From the NCBI GenBank assembly GCA_041483195.1, contig JBGPFC010000012.1, forward strand, positions 33,364 to 97,363: a stretch of DNA of 64,000 bases, given 5' to 3'. The position numbers were made by a program, and so were the translations under genes. The notes beneath the pieces were generated by a model, which was not told where the DNA came from, did no database searches, and was given only the letters and a program-made list of their open reading frames with translations. This DNA comes from Candidatus Eiseniibacteriota bacterium (GTDB lineage: Bacteria; Eisenbacteria; RBG-16-71-46). Below, piece after piece: positions 1 to 8,717 of the stretch (its first letter is position 1; each line of letters begins with the position of its first letter).

Positions 1-585
1 GCCCCGGACGAACACGTACTTTCCGTCCGAGACCGAGAGCCCGGTGACGCGCCGCAGCACCTCCGCGGCATCCTTGTCCGGCGACCTGCGCATCTGCTCG
101 GAGCTGACGGCGTCGGTCAGCGATGCGGACTTCCTTCGAGCGGCCAGCATCGAGGTCTCGGTGTTCTGTCTCGCCCTGGCCTCGACCACGATCTCCTTCT
201 GCTGGATCGCCTCCGGCGTCAGGGCGGCGCCGAATGGCAGCAACGCGCCCGCCTCGAGGACGATGCCCTCGATGCGCTTGCTCGCGTAGGAGAGCGCGCG
301 CATCTGCAGCGCATAGCGACCGGGTGCGGCCTCGAGCAGGAACGTGCCGTCGGCGTTCGTCATTCCGCCCACGCGCTTCATGGTCGTGTCTGCGGGAATC
401 AGCAGGACGTCTGCGAATCCGAGCGGCTCACCCGAGTCCGTCGCGACGACCCGGCCCTGGAGCTTGCCGGTCGTGGCCGCGGAGGCCGGCGGTAATCCGG
501 CGAACACGAGCGCCAGCGTCAAGCCGGCCGCCCACGCACGCTGGCGAGGGCGAGCCGGCTCGTGCCCGGGAGCGATTCCGATCAA
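1..585 (-). CDS. TonB-dependent receptor, N-terminal part (carboxypeptidase-regulatory-like domain + start of plug); runs off the window edge
   Basis: Manual translation (not in ORF track): signal-like LTLALVFAGLPPASAA, GKLQGRVVATDSGEPLGFADV...TNADGTF, then DAVSSEQMRRSPDKDAAEVLRRVTGLSVSDGKYVFVRG (plug motif). Probable TTG start overlaps the upstream TGA. Confidence 0.85.
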   Translation of the reverse strand, partial: MIGIAPGHEPARPRQRAWAAGLTLALVFAGLPPASAATTGKLQGRVVATDSGEPLGFADVLLIPADTTMKRVGGMTNADGTFLLEAAPGRYALQMRALSYASKRIEGIVLEAGALLPFGAALTPEAIQQKEIVVEARARQNTETSMLAARRKSASLTDAVSSEQMRRSPDKDAAEVLRRVTGLSVSDGKYVFVRG

Positions 586-2339
586 TCGATCCTCGTGACC
601 TTGCCCGTGGACTGATCGCCACTGGCCCGCACCTTGTAGAAGTACATTCCAGGAGGCGTCCCCCGCTCCACGTTCCAGATGAGCGAATGCGGGCCCGCCG
701 CCAGCTCGCCGTCCGCGAGCGTGCGCACGAGCCGCCCGTCGATCGCGAAGATCTGGACCCTCACGTGGCCGGCTTGCGGGAGCGAGAAGGACAGAGCCAG
801 CTGGTTGCGGAACGGATTCGGCGCGCTCCGCACCACGAACAGGCTGCCTCTCGCGATCGGCACATCGAGCGCGTCCGGGCAGTAGACCGCCGGGACGACC
901 GGGGGCGAAGCGCAGTGGGCCTGGAACGTCGCGTCGTCGTCGATCTTGAGGGCCCCGGTCTTGAAGTCGTAGATGATGGTGTTCAGGATCGTGCCCTCGG
1001 TTCCGCGCCGGAAGTTGACGCCCGCCGTCGGCCCCGGGAACGCGGCGCCCGCGCGCTTGTCACCGATCATCGTCATGTTGCAGATGGTGGTGTTCGATCG
1101 TCCCGAGCACACGGTCGCGTTGAAGTCGAACTCGTTGTCGTCGGCTTCGATTCCCTTGTCGCCGCTCTGAGTGCCAGAGGGGGCGAAACGGGGACTCTGG
1201 CGCACGATCACGAACTGCGATCGGTTCCGGGTGCCGAGCTGCCAGTCGTAGCCGTCGTCGGTTCCATCGATGCCGATCAGGTACCTCGAGTCCATCTGGC
1301 CGCCGAACCACTCGAACGAGTCGTCGGCGCCCTGGAACGCCTCGAGATGATCGGCGGTCGTGCCCCGCCCGCAGCCGTTGAACGTGAACGAGTTCAGCTC
1401 GTTGTTCGGCGTGATTTCCTTGCCCGAGAACTCCACCCGGACGTAGCGCAGCGTTCCGGAGTTGTCGTTGTCGTCGTTGCCCCCGTAGTAGCCGATCGAG
1501 CCGCCTTCCGAGGCCGCCGAGTCGCCGGCGCAGGAGTTGGCGACGTTGATCTTCGCCCGGCCGTTGATGACGATGCCGCCGCAGTGGCCGCGCGTGAACG
1601 AGCCAGGGGGGTCGTCGGAGGTGATGATGATCGGCGCCGCGGCCGTGCCGACCGCGAAGATCTGCCCGCCGCGTTCCGCCACGATCGTGCCGAGCGTCGC
1701 GAACTCCTCGAACACCACGTCGCCGGCCGGAATAGTGAGCGAGGACTGAGCCTTGATGCGAAGTTGCCCGCGGATCAGGTAGTTGCTGTCGGCCGCCCAC
1801 ACCTGAGGCGAATAGAGGTTGATGTTGTCGTAGATCGCCAGCGGACGCGGGCTGGGCATGCCGCTCAGGTGCAGATCCTGCCGGCTCGCGCCGGTCGAAT
1901 CGTAGTAGGTCCAGCCCACCGTCCAGTCGTCGCCCGGATTCGGGCCGATCGCGCCCGCGTAACAGGTCTGCTGGAAGAACCCGTCGTTCGGAACCTTCCT
2001 CGAATTGGCGTAGGCGGGGCTGCCGACTCCCGGCTGAAAGTTCGGAACGACGTTCGCCTTGTATGGGGCGTTGGGTAGCAGCGGATCGGCGTAGACGTTG
2101 TGGGTGTAGGTGACGGTGCCGAGCATCGCGGCGGTGAAGCCGGGAACGCATGCTGGCGCGCCGGCACCGGCCGCGCCGAGGAACTGGCCGGCCAGCGTGC
2201 CGCTGGCGTTGTTCTGGTAGAGCACGTTGCCGTCGAACACCATCTGGGCGGATGCGCCGCCCGCGGTGAGCGCGAGCAGCCCGAGCGCGATCAATCCGCG
2301 CCTCACGGGTCCGAGTTCACCCTTCACGACGAAACGCAT
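582..2339 (-). CDS. Secreted right-handed beta-helix-like protein (GGNDDNDNSGTLRYVRVEF family) with C-terminal FlgD-Ig/T9SS-CTD-like domain
   Basis: Signal peptide ending ASA-Q; motifs AERGGQIFAVGTAAAPIIITS, DNSGTLRYVRVEFSG, DDSFEWFGG; C-terminal PNPF...IFAIDGRLVRTL...PGMYFYKV; GAGGGAGG RBS. Confidence 0.75.
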   Translation of the reverse strand: MRFVVKGELGPVRRGLIALGLLALTAGGASAQMVFDGNVLYQNNASGTLAGQFLGAAGAGAPACVPGFTAAMLGTVTYTHNVYADPLLPNAPYKANVVPNFQPGVGSPAYANSRKVPNDGFFQQTCYAGAIGPNPGDDWTVGWTYYDSTGASRQDLHLSGMPSPRPLAIYDNINLYSPQVWAADSNYLIRGQLRIKAQSSLTIPAGDVVFEEFATLGTIVAERGGQIFAVGTAAAPIIITSDDPPGSFTRGHCGGIVINGRAKINVANSCAGDSAASEGGSIGYYGGNDDNDNSGTLRYVRVEFSGKEITPNNELNSFTFNGCGRGTTADHLEAFQGADDSFEWFGGQMDSRYLIGIDGTDDGYDWQLGTRNRSQFVIVRQSPRFAPSGTQSGDKGIEADDNEFDFNATVCSGRSNTTICNMTMIGDKRAGAAFPGPTAGVNFRRGTEGTILNTIIYDFKTGALKIDDDATFQAHCASPPVVPAVYCPDALDVPIARGSLFVVRSAPNPFRNQLALSFSLPQAGHVRVQIFAIDGRLVRTLADGELAAGPHSLIWNVERGTPPGMYFYKVRASGDQSTGKVTRID

Positions 2340-2464
2340 TGCGCCTCCCTCGAGGATGTCTGGTGTGGATCTGCGTGGCGTGTCGCGCTGGCGGGTGCGT
2401 CAGGAGGAGGTTGCGGCCGCCTTCCGAACCGCGCGCATGCTACGGGGCGTCCCGGGCGGGAGGC

Positions 2465-2512
2465 GTGACCGGCGCATGACCAAGCCGGAAACTTTTGTTA
2501 ATGCGATGTGTC
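2465..2512 (-). promoter_or_regulatory. Pho-box-like direct repeats (11-bp period)
   Basis: Minus strand reads GACAC-N6-TTAAC...GGTCAT-gcgcc-GGTCAC upstream of the beta-helix/TBDR operon. Confidence 0.45.
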
Positions 2513-2574
2513 GGGGTGGGGATCGCGGTGCGGGGACGGCGAGGCGGGCGCGGAGGATGGGGACCGCGCGCCCT

Positions 2575-2916
2575 TCACTCCTCGGTCGCCACCCGGCGCT
2601 CGCGCTTCTTCACGGCCTCGCGCTTCTTCTCGCCCAGCCGTCGCTCGACCGCCGCGCGCGTGGGTCTGGTCGCGACCCGCGGCTTCCTGCGCGCGGCGCG
2701 GCGCTTGAGCTCCGCCCCCACGCGCTCGAGCGCGAGCACGCGGTTGCGCAGCTGCGATCGCGACTCGGTGGCGATGCGCGTGATGCCGGTCGGGCGGTGG
2801 CGCACCCGCACGCTCGACTCGGTCTTGTTCTTCTTCTGCCCGCCCGGCCCCGACGACTTGAAGGGCGTGACGTCGCAGTCGCGCGCGAGGCGCTCGAGGT
2901 GAGGGGCGAGGCCCAC
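2575..2916 (-). CDS. arfB: Peptide chain release factor-like / ArfB-type peptidyl-tRNA hydrolase
   Basis: SSGPGGQKKNKTESSVRVRH (GGQ motif); basic tail RKPRVATRPTRAAVERRLGEKK; GTG start inferred. Confidence 0.8.
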   Translation of the reverse strand: MGLAPHLERLARDCDVTPFKSSGPGGQKKNKTESSVRVRHRPTGITRIATESRSQLRNRVLALERVGAELKRRAARRKPRVATRPTRAAVERRLGEKKREAVKKRERRVATEE

Positions 2917-2921
2917 GGCGG

Positions 2922-4049
2922 CTACTCCAGCTGCTTGTGGAAACGCTGCACGCTGAACGTGAAGAACAACACGGCGAAGCCGAGCAGCGCGAGCGTCTGC
3001 GGCCACAGGGTCTCGATCCCGACGCCCTTGAGGATCACGCCGCGCAGGATCTGGAGGAAGTAGGTGAGCGGCACGAGCCATCCGATGGCGTACGCGAAGA
3101 ACGGCATCGCCTCGCGCGGGAACATGAAGCCCGACAGCATGATGTTGGGCAGCAGGAAGAAGATCGAGGACTGGATGGCCGCGCCCGCGGTCTGCGCCAG
3201 CGTCGAGACGAACAGCCCGAGCGACAGGCTCGCGGCGATGAACACGAAAGCGACCAGGTAGATGAAGAGCAGGCTGCCGCGGATCGGCACGTGGAAGAGC
3301 AGCGAGCCGAGCACCAGCACGGCCGTCATCTGCACGTAGCCGACGATGATGTATGGCGCGATCTTGCCGAGCATGATCTCGGTGCGCGTGAGCGGCGTCA
3401 CGATCAGCTGCTCGAGCGTGCCCGCCTCGCGCTCGCGCACGACCGCCAGCGCGGTGATGATGATGAGCATGTTCGAGAGCAGCACGCCGATGATGCCGGG
3501 CACGATGAAGAGCGGCGTCTTGAGCGCCGGGTTGTAGAGCGGGCGCACGCGCACGTCCACCGGCAGCCGGCTCTCGTTCAGCCCGCCGCCCGCGAGGCTC
3601 TGCACGATCTCGAGGTTCTTGCGCTGCCCCACCAGCTGCGCCGCGCCGATCGCGGCCTGCGATGCGGTGGGGTCGCTCGCGTCCACCAGCACCTGGACCT
3701 GGGCCGAGCGCCCGCGCTTGAGGTCGCGGGCGTAGTCCTCGGGAATGACGATCGCCGCGCGTGCTCGCCCGCGGTCGACGAGCCGGATCGCGTCCTCGTA
3801 CGAGCTGGCGGGCGCGATCAGGCGGAAGTTCCCGGTGGCGTCGAAGCGCTGCACCAGCTCGCGGCTCTCCTGCGTCTGGCTGAAGTCAACGACCGTCGTG
3901 GGCAGGTGGCGCACGTCGAGGCTGATCGCATAGCCGAACAGCACCAGCTGGATGACCGGCACGCCCAGCATCATCCGCAGCGTCGCGCGATCGCGCCGCA
4001 TCTGGATGAACTCCTTCCAGAAGATCGCGCGCAGCCGCTCGCGGATCAT
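2922..4049 (-). CDS. ABC-2 type transporter permease (YbhR/YbhS-like)
   Basis: KEFIQMRRD, VREREAGTLEQLIVTP, LSGFMFP; start abuts the ATPase stop. Confidence 0.9.
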   Translation of the reverse strand: MIRERLRAIFWKEFIQMRRDRATLRMMLGVPVIQLVLFGYAISLDVRHLPTTVVDFSQTQESRELVQRFDATGNFRLIAPASSYEDAIRLVDRGRARAAIVIPEDYARDLKRGRSAQVQVLVDASDPTASQAAIGAAQLVGQRKNLEIVQSLAGGGLNESRLPVDVRVRPLYNPALKTPLFIVPGIIGVLLSNMLIIITALAVVREREAGTLEQLIVTPLTRTEIMLGKIAPYIIVGYVQMTAVLVLGSLLFHVPIRGSLLFIYLVAFVFIAASLSLGLFVSTLAQTAGAAIQSSIFFLLPNIMLSGFMFPREAMPFFAYAIGWLVPLTYFLQILRGVILKGVGIETLWPQTLALLGFAVLFFTFSVQRFHKQLE

Positions 4050-4783
4050 CAGTTGGTCTCCTGCAGCTTCACGAAGATGTCCTCGAGCGTCATGTCCACG
4101 CCGAACGCGTGCCGCACCTCGGTCGGGGTGCCGATCGCGGTGAGGTGGCCCTTCGACAGGAATGCGAGGCGGTCGAAGCGCTCCGCCTCGTCCATGTAGT
4201 GGGTGGTCACGATGATGGTGGTGCCGGACTTCGCCAGCTCGTGCACGATCACCCAGAACAGCCGGCGCGCCGCGGGATCGACGCCGGCGGTGGGCTCGTC
4301 GAGGAACAGCACCGGCGGGTGGTGGAGCAGCGAGCAGCCGAGCGCGAGGCGCTGCTTGTTGCCGCCCGAGAGCGTGGCCGCGAGCTGCTTCGCGGCCTCG
4401 CCCAGACGCATCGCGTCCATCGCCCACTCGATGCGCTGGTTCGCGGTCGCGCCCAGCTCGTACACCCCGGCGTAGAAGCGCAGGTTCTCGGCCACGGTGA
4501 GGTCGCCGTAGAGCCCGAACTTCTGCGACATGTAGCCGATGCGCGACTTCACGGCGTCCGGGGTCTTCACCACGTCGACCCCCGCCACCGTCGCCTCGCC
4601 GCTGGTGGGCTTGAGCAGCCCGCACAGGACGCGGATGGCCGTGGTCTTGCCCGAGCCGTTGGGGCCGAGCATGCCGAAGATCTCGCCCGGCCGGATGTCG
4701 AGCGACACCCCCGCCACGGCCGTGAGGGTGCCGAACTTCTTCGTCAGCCCGCGGACGATGACGACCGGGCCGGCGTCATTCAT
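4049..4783 (-). CDS. ABC transporter ATP-binding protein
   Basis: Walker A GPNGSGKT, signature LSGGNKQR, Walker B LFLDEPT. Confidence 0.95.
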   Translation of the reverse strand: MNDAGPVVIVRGLTKKFGTLTAVAGVSLDIRPGEIFGMLGPNGSGKTTAIRVLCGLLKPTSGEATVAGVDVVKTPDAVKSRIGYMSQKFGLYGDLTVAENLRFYAGVYELGATANQRIEWAMDAMRLGEAAKQLAATLSGGNKQRLALGCSLLHHPPVLFLDEPTAGVDPAARRLFWVIVHELAKSGTTIIVTTHYMDEAERFDRLAFLSKGHLTAIGTPTEVRHAFGVDMTLEDIFVKLQETN

Positions 4784-5753
4784 GGGCCCGGATCCGCGCG
4801 TCGGCGGGCAAGCCGGCCTTGAGCACGCCGCCGGTGGGGCCGACCACCACCTTCACGCCGAACACCAGGTTGTCCTGCTCCTCCTCGGTGAGCGCGGCGC
4901 GCGGCGTGAACTCGGCGTGGGTCGCGATCGAGACGACGCGCCCGCTGAAGGTCTTGCCGGGCGCTCCGCGCGACACGATCTCGACCGGCGCGCCCAGCAT
5001 GACCCTGCCGATCTTCGGCGCGCCGACGTACACGCGCATCCACAGGCTGTCGGGATTGCCGAGCGTGAGCACCGGGAGCCCGGGCTGCGCCAGCTCGCCC
5101 GGCAGGAAATTCTTGAGCAGCACCACGCCCGAGATCGGCGCCGTGAGCACCAGCTCGCGCGCGCGGCTCCTCGCCCCCGCGAGCTGCGCATTCGCGGCCT
5201 CTGCCGACTTCTCGGCGGCCGCGATCTGCTCCCCGCGGCTGCCCGCCTCGAGCAGCGACAGGCGGCGGGCCGCCTCCTCGCGCCGCGCGATGGCGGCGTC
5301 GCGGTTCGATTCCGCGCGGTCGAGGTCCGACTGCGATGCGACGCGGGTCGAGAACAGCGCCTCGGTGCGCGTCGCCTCGCTCTCCGCGAGCTTCGCCTGC
5401 GCGGTCGCGGCCTGGAGCGTCGCGCGCGCGGCCTGGATCTCCGAGGGGCGCGGGCCCTGCTGGAGGTCGCGGAACTGCGCGAGCGCGCGCCCCGACTGCG
5501 CGACCTGCGCCGCCAGCTCGGCCAAGATCTCGCCGCGGTCGAGCACCACGAGCGTGTCGCCGCGGCGCACGCGATCGCCCTCGTTCACGGGGATGCGCAG
5601 CACGCGCCCGCCGGTGAGCGAGGCCACGTCCACCTCGTCCATCTCGATGGTGCCAGAGCCGCGCACGGTGTGGCCGGAGCCGGAACAGGATGAGAGTGTG
5701 ACGAGCAGCGCGACGGCGACCGGCCGCACCCGCGCATGCATTGACACAATCAT
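4776..5753 (-). CDS. HlyD-family membrane fusion lipoprotein (YbhG-like)
   Basis: Lipobox-like LSSC, SGTIE, lipoyl half-motifs (VNEGDRVRRGD; APISGVV), AEFTP; alternative start 5741. Confidence 0.9.
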   Translation of the reverse strand: MIVSMHARVRPVAVALLVTLSSCSGSGHTVRGSGTIEMDEVDVASLTGGRVLRIPVNEGDRVRRGDTLVVLDRGEILAELAAQVAQSGRALAQFRDLQQGPRPSEIQAARATLQAATAQAKLAESEATRTEALFSTRVASQSDLDRAESNRDAAIARREEAARRLSLLEAGSRGEQIAAAEKSAEAANAQLAGARSRARELVLTAPISGVVLLKNFLPGELAQPGLPVLTLGNPDSLWMRVYVGAPKIGRVMLGAPVEIVSRGAPGKTFSGRVVSIATHAEFTPRAALTEEEQDNLVFGVKVVVGPTGGVLKAGLPADARIRAHE

Positions 5754-5874
5754 GCGGCTAGGTTGGAGGAAGCGGGGGAGGCGCGCAAGTCAGGCGCGCT
5801 TGTGGCCCGCCGCCCCCGGCCCGTATCCTGCCCCGCGATCGGCCGCCTCATCCGTCCCGCACATCGGAGGCATC

Positions 5875-7275
5875 ATGCGTCTCGCGCCTCTAACGGTCGC
5901 CGCGCTCGCGCTCGCGCTGCTCGTCGCGCCCGCCCTGGCCGCGAGGAAGAAGCCGCGGCCCGCCGCGGCCCCCCCGGTCGCGGCCGCCGTCGCGCCTATG
6001 CTCACGCCCGCGCTGCTCAGGGTCGAGCGTCACACGCTCCCCAACGGGCTCGTCATCCTCACGCACGAGGATCACAGCGTGCCGGCCGTCGCGTTCTGGC
6101 AGTGGTTCAAGGTGGGCTCGCGCAACGAGCGGCCCGGCATCACCGGGATCTCTCACTTCTTCGAGCACATGATGTTCAACGGGTCGAGGAACGTGCCGCC
6201 CAAGATGTACGACCAGATCCTCGAGTCGAACGGCGGCTACTCGAACGCGTTCACCGACCGCGACATGACGGCGTACTACGAGGAGACCGCCTCCGACCGG
6301 CTCGGCACCTGCCTCTACCTCGACGCGGATCGCATGGCGTCGCTCTCGCTGCTGCCCGAGCAGCTGAAGAGCGAGATCGAGGTGGTCAAGGAGGAGCGCC
6401 GGCTCAGCACCGACAACAGCATCGCGGGCAAGCTCGACGAGGCGCTGTGGGCGACCGCGTACTACGCCGCGCCCTACCGCTGGCCGGTGCTGGGATGGAT
6501 GGGCGATCTCAACCGCATCCAGCGCGACGAGATGGTGGAGTACTTCCGCACCTACTACGCGCCGGACAACTGCATCATCGTGCTGACCGGCGACTTCGAG
6601 ACCAGGACCGCGCTCGACAGCATTCGCGCGTACTTCGGCGGCATCCCGTCGCAGCCGCCGCCCGTGCCGCCCATCAACTCGGAGCCCGAGCAGACCGGCG
6701 AGCGCCGGGTGGACGTGCACTACCCCGCGCAGAACGTCTCGTTCGACATGGGCTACAAGGCGCCGAACGTGAAGAGCGCGGACACGCCGGTGCTCGACGT
6801 GATCTCATCGATCCTCTCCGATGGCGAGTCGTCGCGGCTCCACCAGGCGCTGGTGTACGAGAAGCAGATCGCGCTCGCCGTGTTCACGTCGTTCCAGTCA
6901 CGCATCGATCCCGGGCTCTTCGAGTGCTACGTCGAGATGCGCCCCGGCAAGACAGCGGCCGAAGGCGAGGCGGCGGTGGACGAGGCGCTCGATCGCCTCG
7001 CGAAGGACGGACCCACCGATCGCGAGCTCACCAAGGCCAAGAACCTGCTCGAAGCCGGCTTCGTCAAGGCGCTCAAGACCAACAACGGCGTGGGCCAGAC
7101 GCTGGGCTACTACGAGCACGTGTTCGGCGACTACAACGAGATGTTCAAGGCGCTCGACCGCTACCACGCGGTGACCGCCGCCGACGTGAAGCGCGTCGCG
7201 AAGCAGACGTTCGACTCCAGGCTGCGCACGATCGCCGTGCTGGTGCCCGAGAGCGAGCCGGAGGCCAAGCCATGA
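5875..7275 (+). CDS. M16 (pitrilysin/insulinase) family zinc peptidase, catalytic subunit, exported
   Basis: GGAGG RBS; signal peptide; TLPNGL, GSRNE, inverted zincin HFFEH, EIEVVKEERR. Confidence 0.93.
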   Translation: MRLAPLTVAALALALLVAPALAARKKPRPAAAPPVAAAVAPMLTPALLRVERHTLPNGLVILTHEDHSVPAVAFWQWFKVGSRNERPGITGISHFFEHMMFNGSRNVPPKMYDQILESNGGYSNAFTDRDMTAYYEETASDRLGTCLYLDADRMASLSLLPEQLKSEIEVVKEERRLSTDNSIAGKLDEALWATAYYAAPYRWPVLGWMGDLNRIQRDEMVEYFRTYYAPDNCIIVLTGDFETRTALDSIRAYFGGIPSQPPPVPPINSEPEQTGERRVDVHYPAQNVSFDMGYKAPNVKSADTPVLDVISSILSDGESSRLHQALVYEKQIALAVFTSFQSRIDPGLFECYVEMRPGKTAAEGEAAVDEALDRLAKDGPTDRELTKAKNLLEAGFVKALKTNNGVGQTLGYYEHVFGDYNEMFKALDRYHAVTAADVKRVAKQTFDSRLRTIAVLVPESEPEAKP

Positions 7276-8687
7276 GCCGCGCAGCCGGCATGCAGACGCG
7301 CACCCGCGCGGCCGGCGGCGCGGCCGCCCGCGCCACGGCGATCGCGCTGCTCGCGATCGCGGCGCCGGCCGCCGCGCTTCCGGTCCGGCTGCCCGCCTAT
7401 CAGAAGGCCACGCTCAAGAACGGCCTCACCGTGTACGTCATGCCCACCGCCCGGCTGCCGCTGGTGGACTTCCGGCTGGTGGCGCGCGCCGGGTCGGTGA
7501 ACGACCCCGCCGGGAAGGAGGGCCTCGCGAGCCTCACCGCCGACCTCCTCACCCAGGGCGCCGGACCGCGCAGCGCGAAGCAGATCGCCGAGGACATCGC
7601 GTTCGTGGGCGGATCGCTCGATGCCTCCGCCTCGGCCGAGCAGACCGTCGTCACATGCGAGGTGCTGAAGCGGGACTTCACGACCGGGCTCGAGCTGTTC
7701 CACGACGTGATCGTGGCGCCCACGTTTCCCGCAGAAGAGTTCGCGCGCAAGCACGACGAGACGCTCGGGGCCCTCGCGAGCGAGAAGGACGATCCCGGAA
7801 CGGTCGCCGACCACGCGCTCGGCACGTTCCTGCTGGGAGCGAGCCCGCTCGCGCACCCCGCGATCGGGTGGGAGAAGTCGGTGAAGGCGCTGACGCGCGA
7901 TGACCTGGTGGCGTTCCACGGCGAGCAGATGGTTCCCGACAACGCGATCCTCGCGGTGGTGGGAGACGTGAACGGCGCGGACGTCCTCGCGGCGCTGGAG
8001 CGGGCGTTCTCGGACTGGAAGCCGTCCGGCAAGCCGCACCCGATTCCCTATCAGCCGCTGGTCCGCGTGAGCGGGCGCGCGGTGCGCATCGTCAGCAAGC
8101 CCGAGGTGACGCAGACGCAGATCCGCATGGCGTGCCCCGGCGTCGCGCGCAACCACCCGGACTACTTCCCGATCGTGGTGGTGAACACCATTCTCGGCGC
8201 GGGCTTCACCTCGCGGCTGGTGAACGAGATCCGCGTGGTGCAGGGGCTGACCTACAGCATCAACAGCCGCTTCACCATGTATCGCAACGCCGGCGTGTAC
8301 GGCGTCACCACCTTCACGCGCAACGAGACGCTGCGGAAGTGCATCGACGAGACCATCAAGGTGATCAAGACGCTGATCGATCAGGGCCCGAGCGATGAGG
8401 AGCTGGCCAAGGCGAAGCGCTACCTGACCGGCCTGTTCCCGCTGCGCCTGCAGGCGCCGGACGCGCTCGCCGCCCAGCTGCTCGACATGGACTTCTACGC
8501 GCTCGATCCGCACTACGTCGAGAACTACAGCGACCGGATCAACGCCGTCACCATGACCGACTGCCGCCGCGCGCTGAAGTCGTACTTCTGCACGGACGAC
8601 CTGAAGATCCTGGTGGTGTCGAACCCGGATTCGGCAACGGCCGCGCTCTCGGGGCTCGGGCCGATCGACGTGAAGCCGATCGAGTAG
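7272..8687 (+). CDS. M16 family peptidase, non-catalytic partner subunit
   Basis: ATGA overlap; TLKNGL, GLASLTADLL (no HxxEH), SRLVNEIRVVQGLTYSI (R/Y substrate motif). Confidence 0.9.
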   Translation: MSRAAGMQTRTRAAGGAAARATAIALLAIAAPAAALPVRLPAYQKATLKNGLTVYVMPTARLPLVDFRLVARAGSVNDPAGKEGLASLTADLLTQGAGPRSAKQIAEDIAFVGGSLDASASAEQTVVTCEVLKRDFTTGLELFHDVIVAPTFPAEEFARKHDETLGALASEKDDPGTVADHALGTFLLGASPLAHPAIGWEKSVKALTRDDLVAFHGEQMVPDNAILAVVGDVNGADVLAALERAFSDWKPSGKPHPIPYQPLVRVSGRAVRIVSKPEVTQTQIRMACPGVARNHPDYFPIVVVNTILGAGFTSRLVNEIRVVQGLTYSINSRFTMYRNAGVYGVTTFTRNETLRKCIDETIKVIKTLIDQGPSDEELAKAKRYLTGLFPLRLQAPDALAAQLLDMDFYALDPHYVENYSDRINAVTMTDCRRALKSYFCTDDLKILVVSNPDSATAALSGLGPIDVKPIE

Positions 8688-8688
8688 C

Positions 8689-8716
8689 GACGGGGCGGGG
8701 AAGGCACGCCCCCGTC
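8689..8716. terminator. GC-rich hairpin between convergent genes
   Basis: GACGGGGCG...CGCCCCCGTC imperfect inverted repeat. Confidence 0.5.
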
Positions 8717-8717
8717 C

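Noticed and set aside
4819..8687. ORF-track 818-aa and 974-aa versions of the M16 genes
   Set aside because: The extensions overlap other genes; RBS and signal peptides place the starts at 5875 and 7272.
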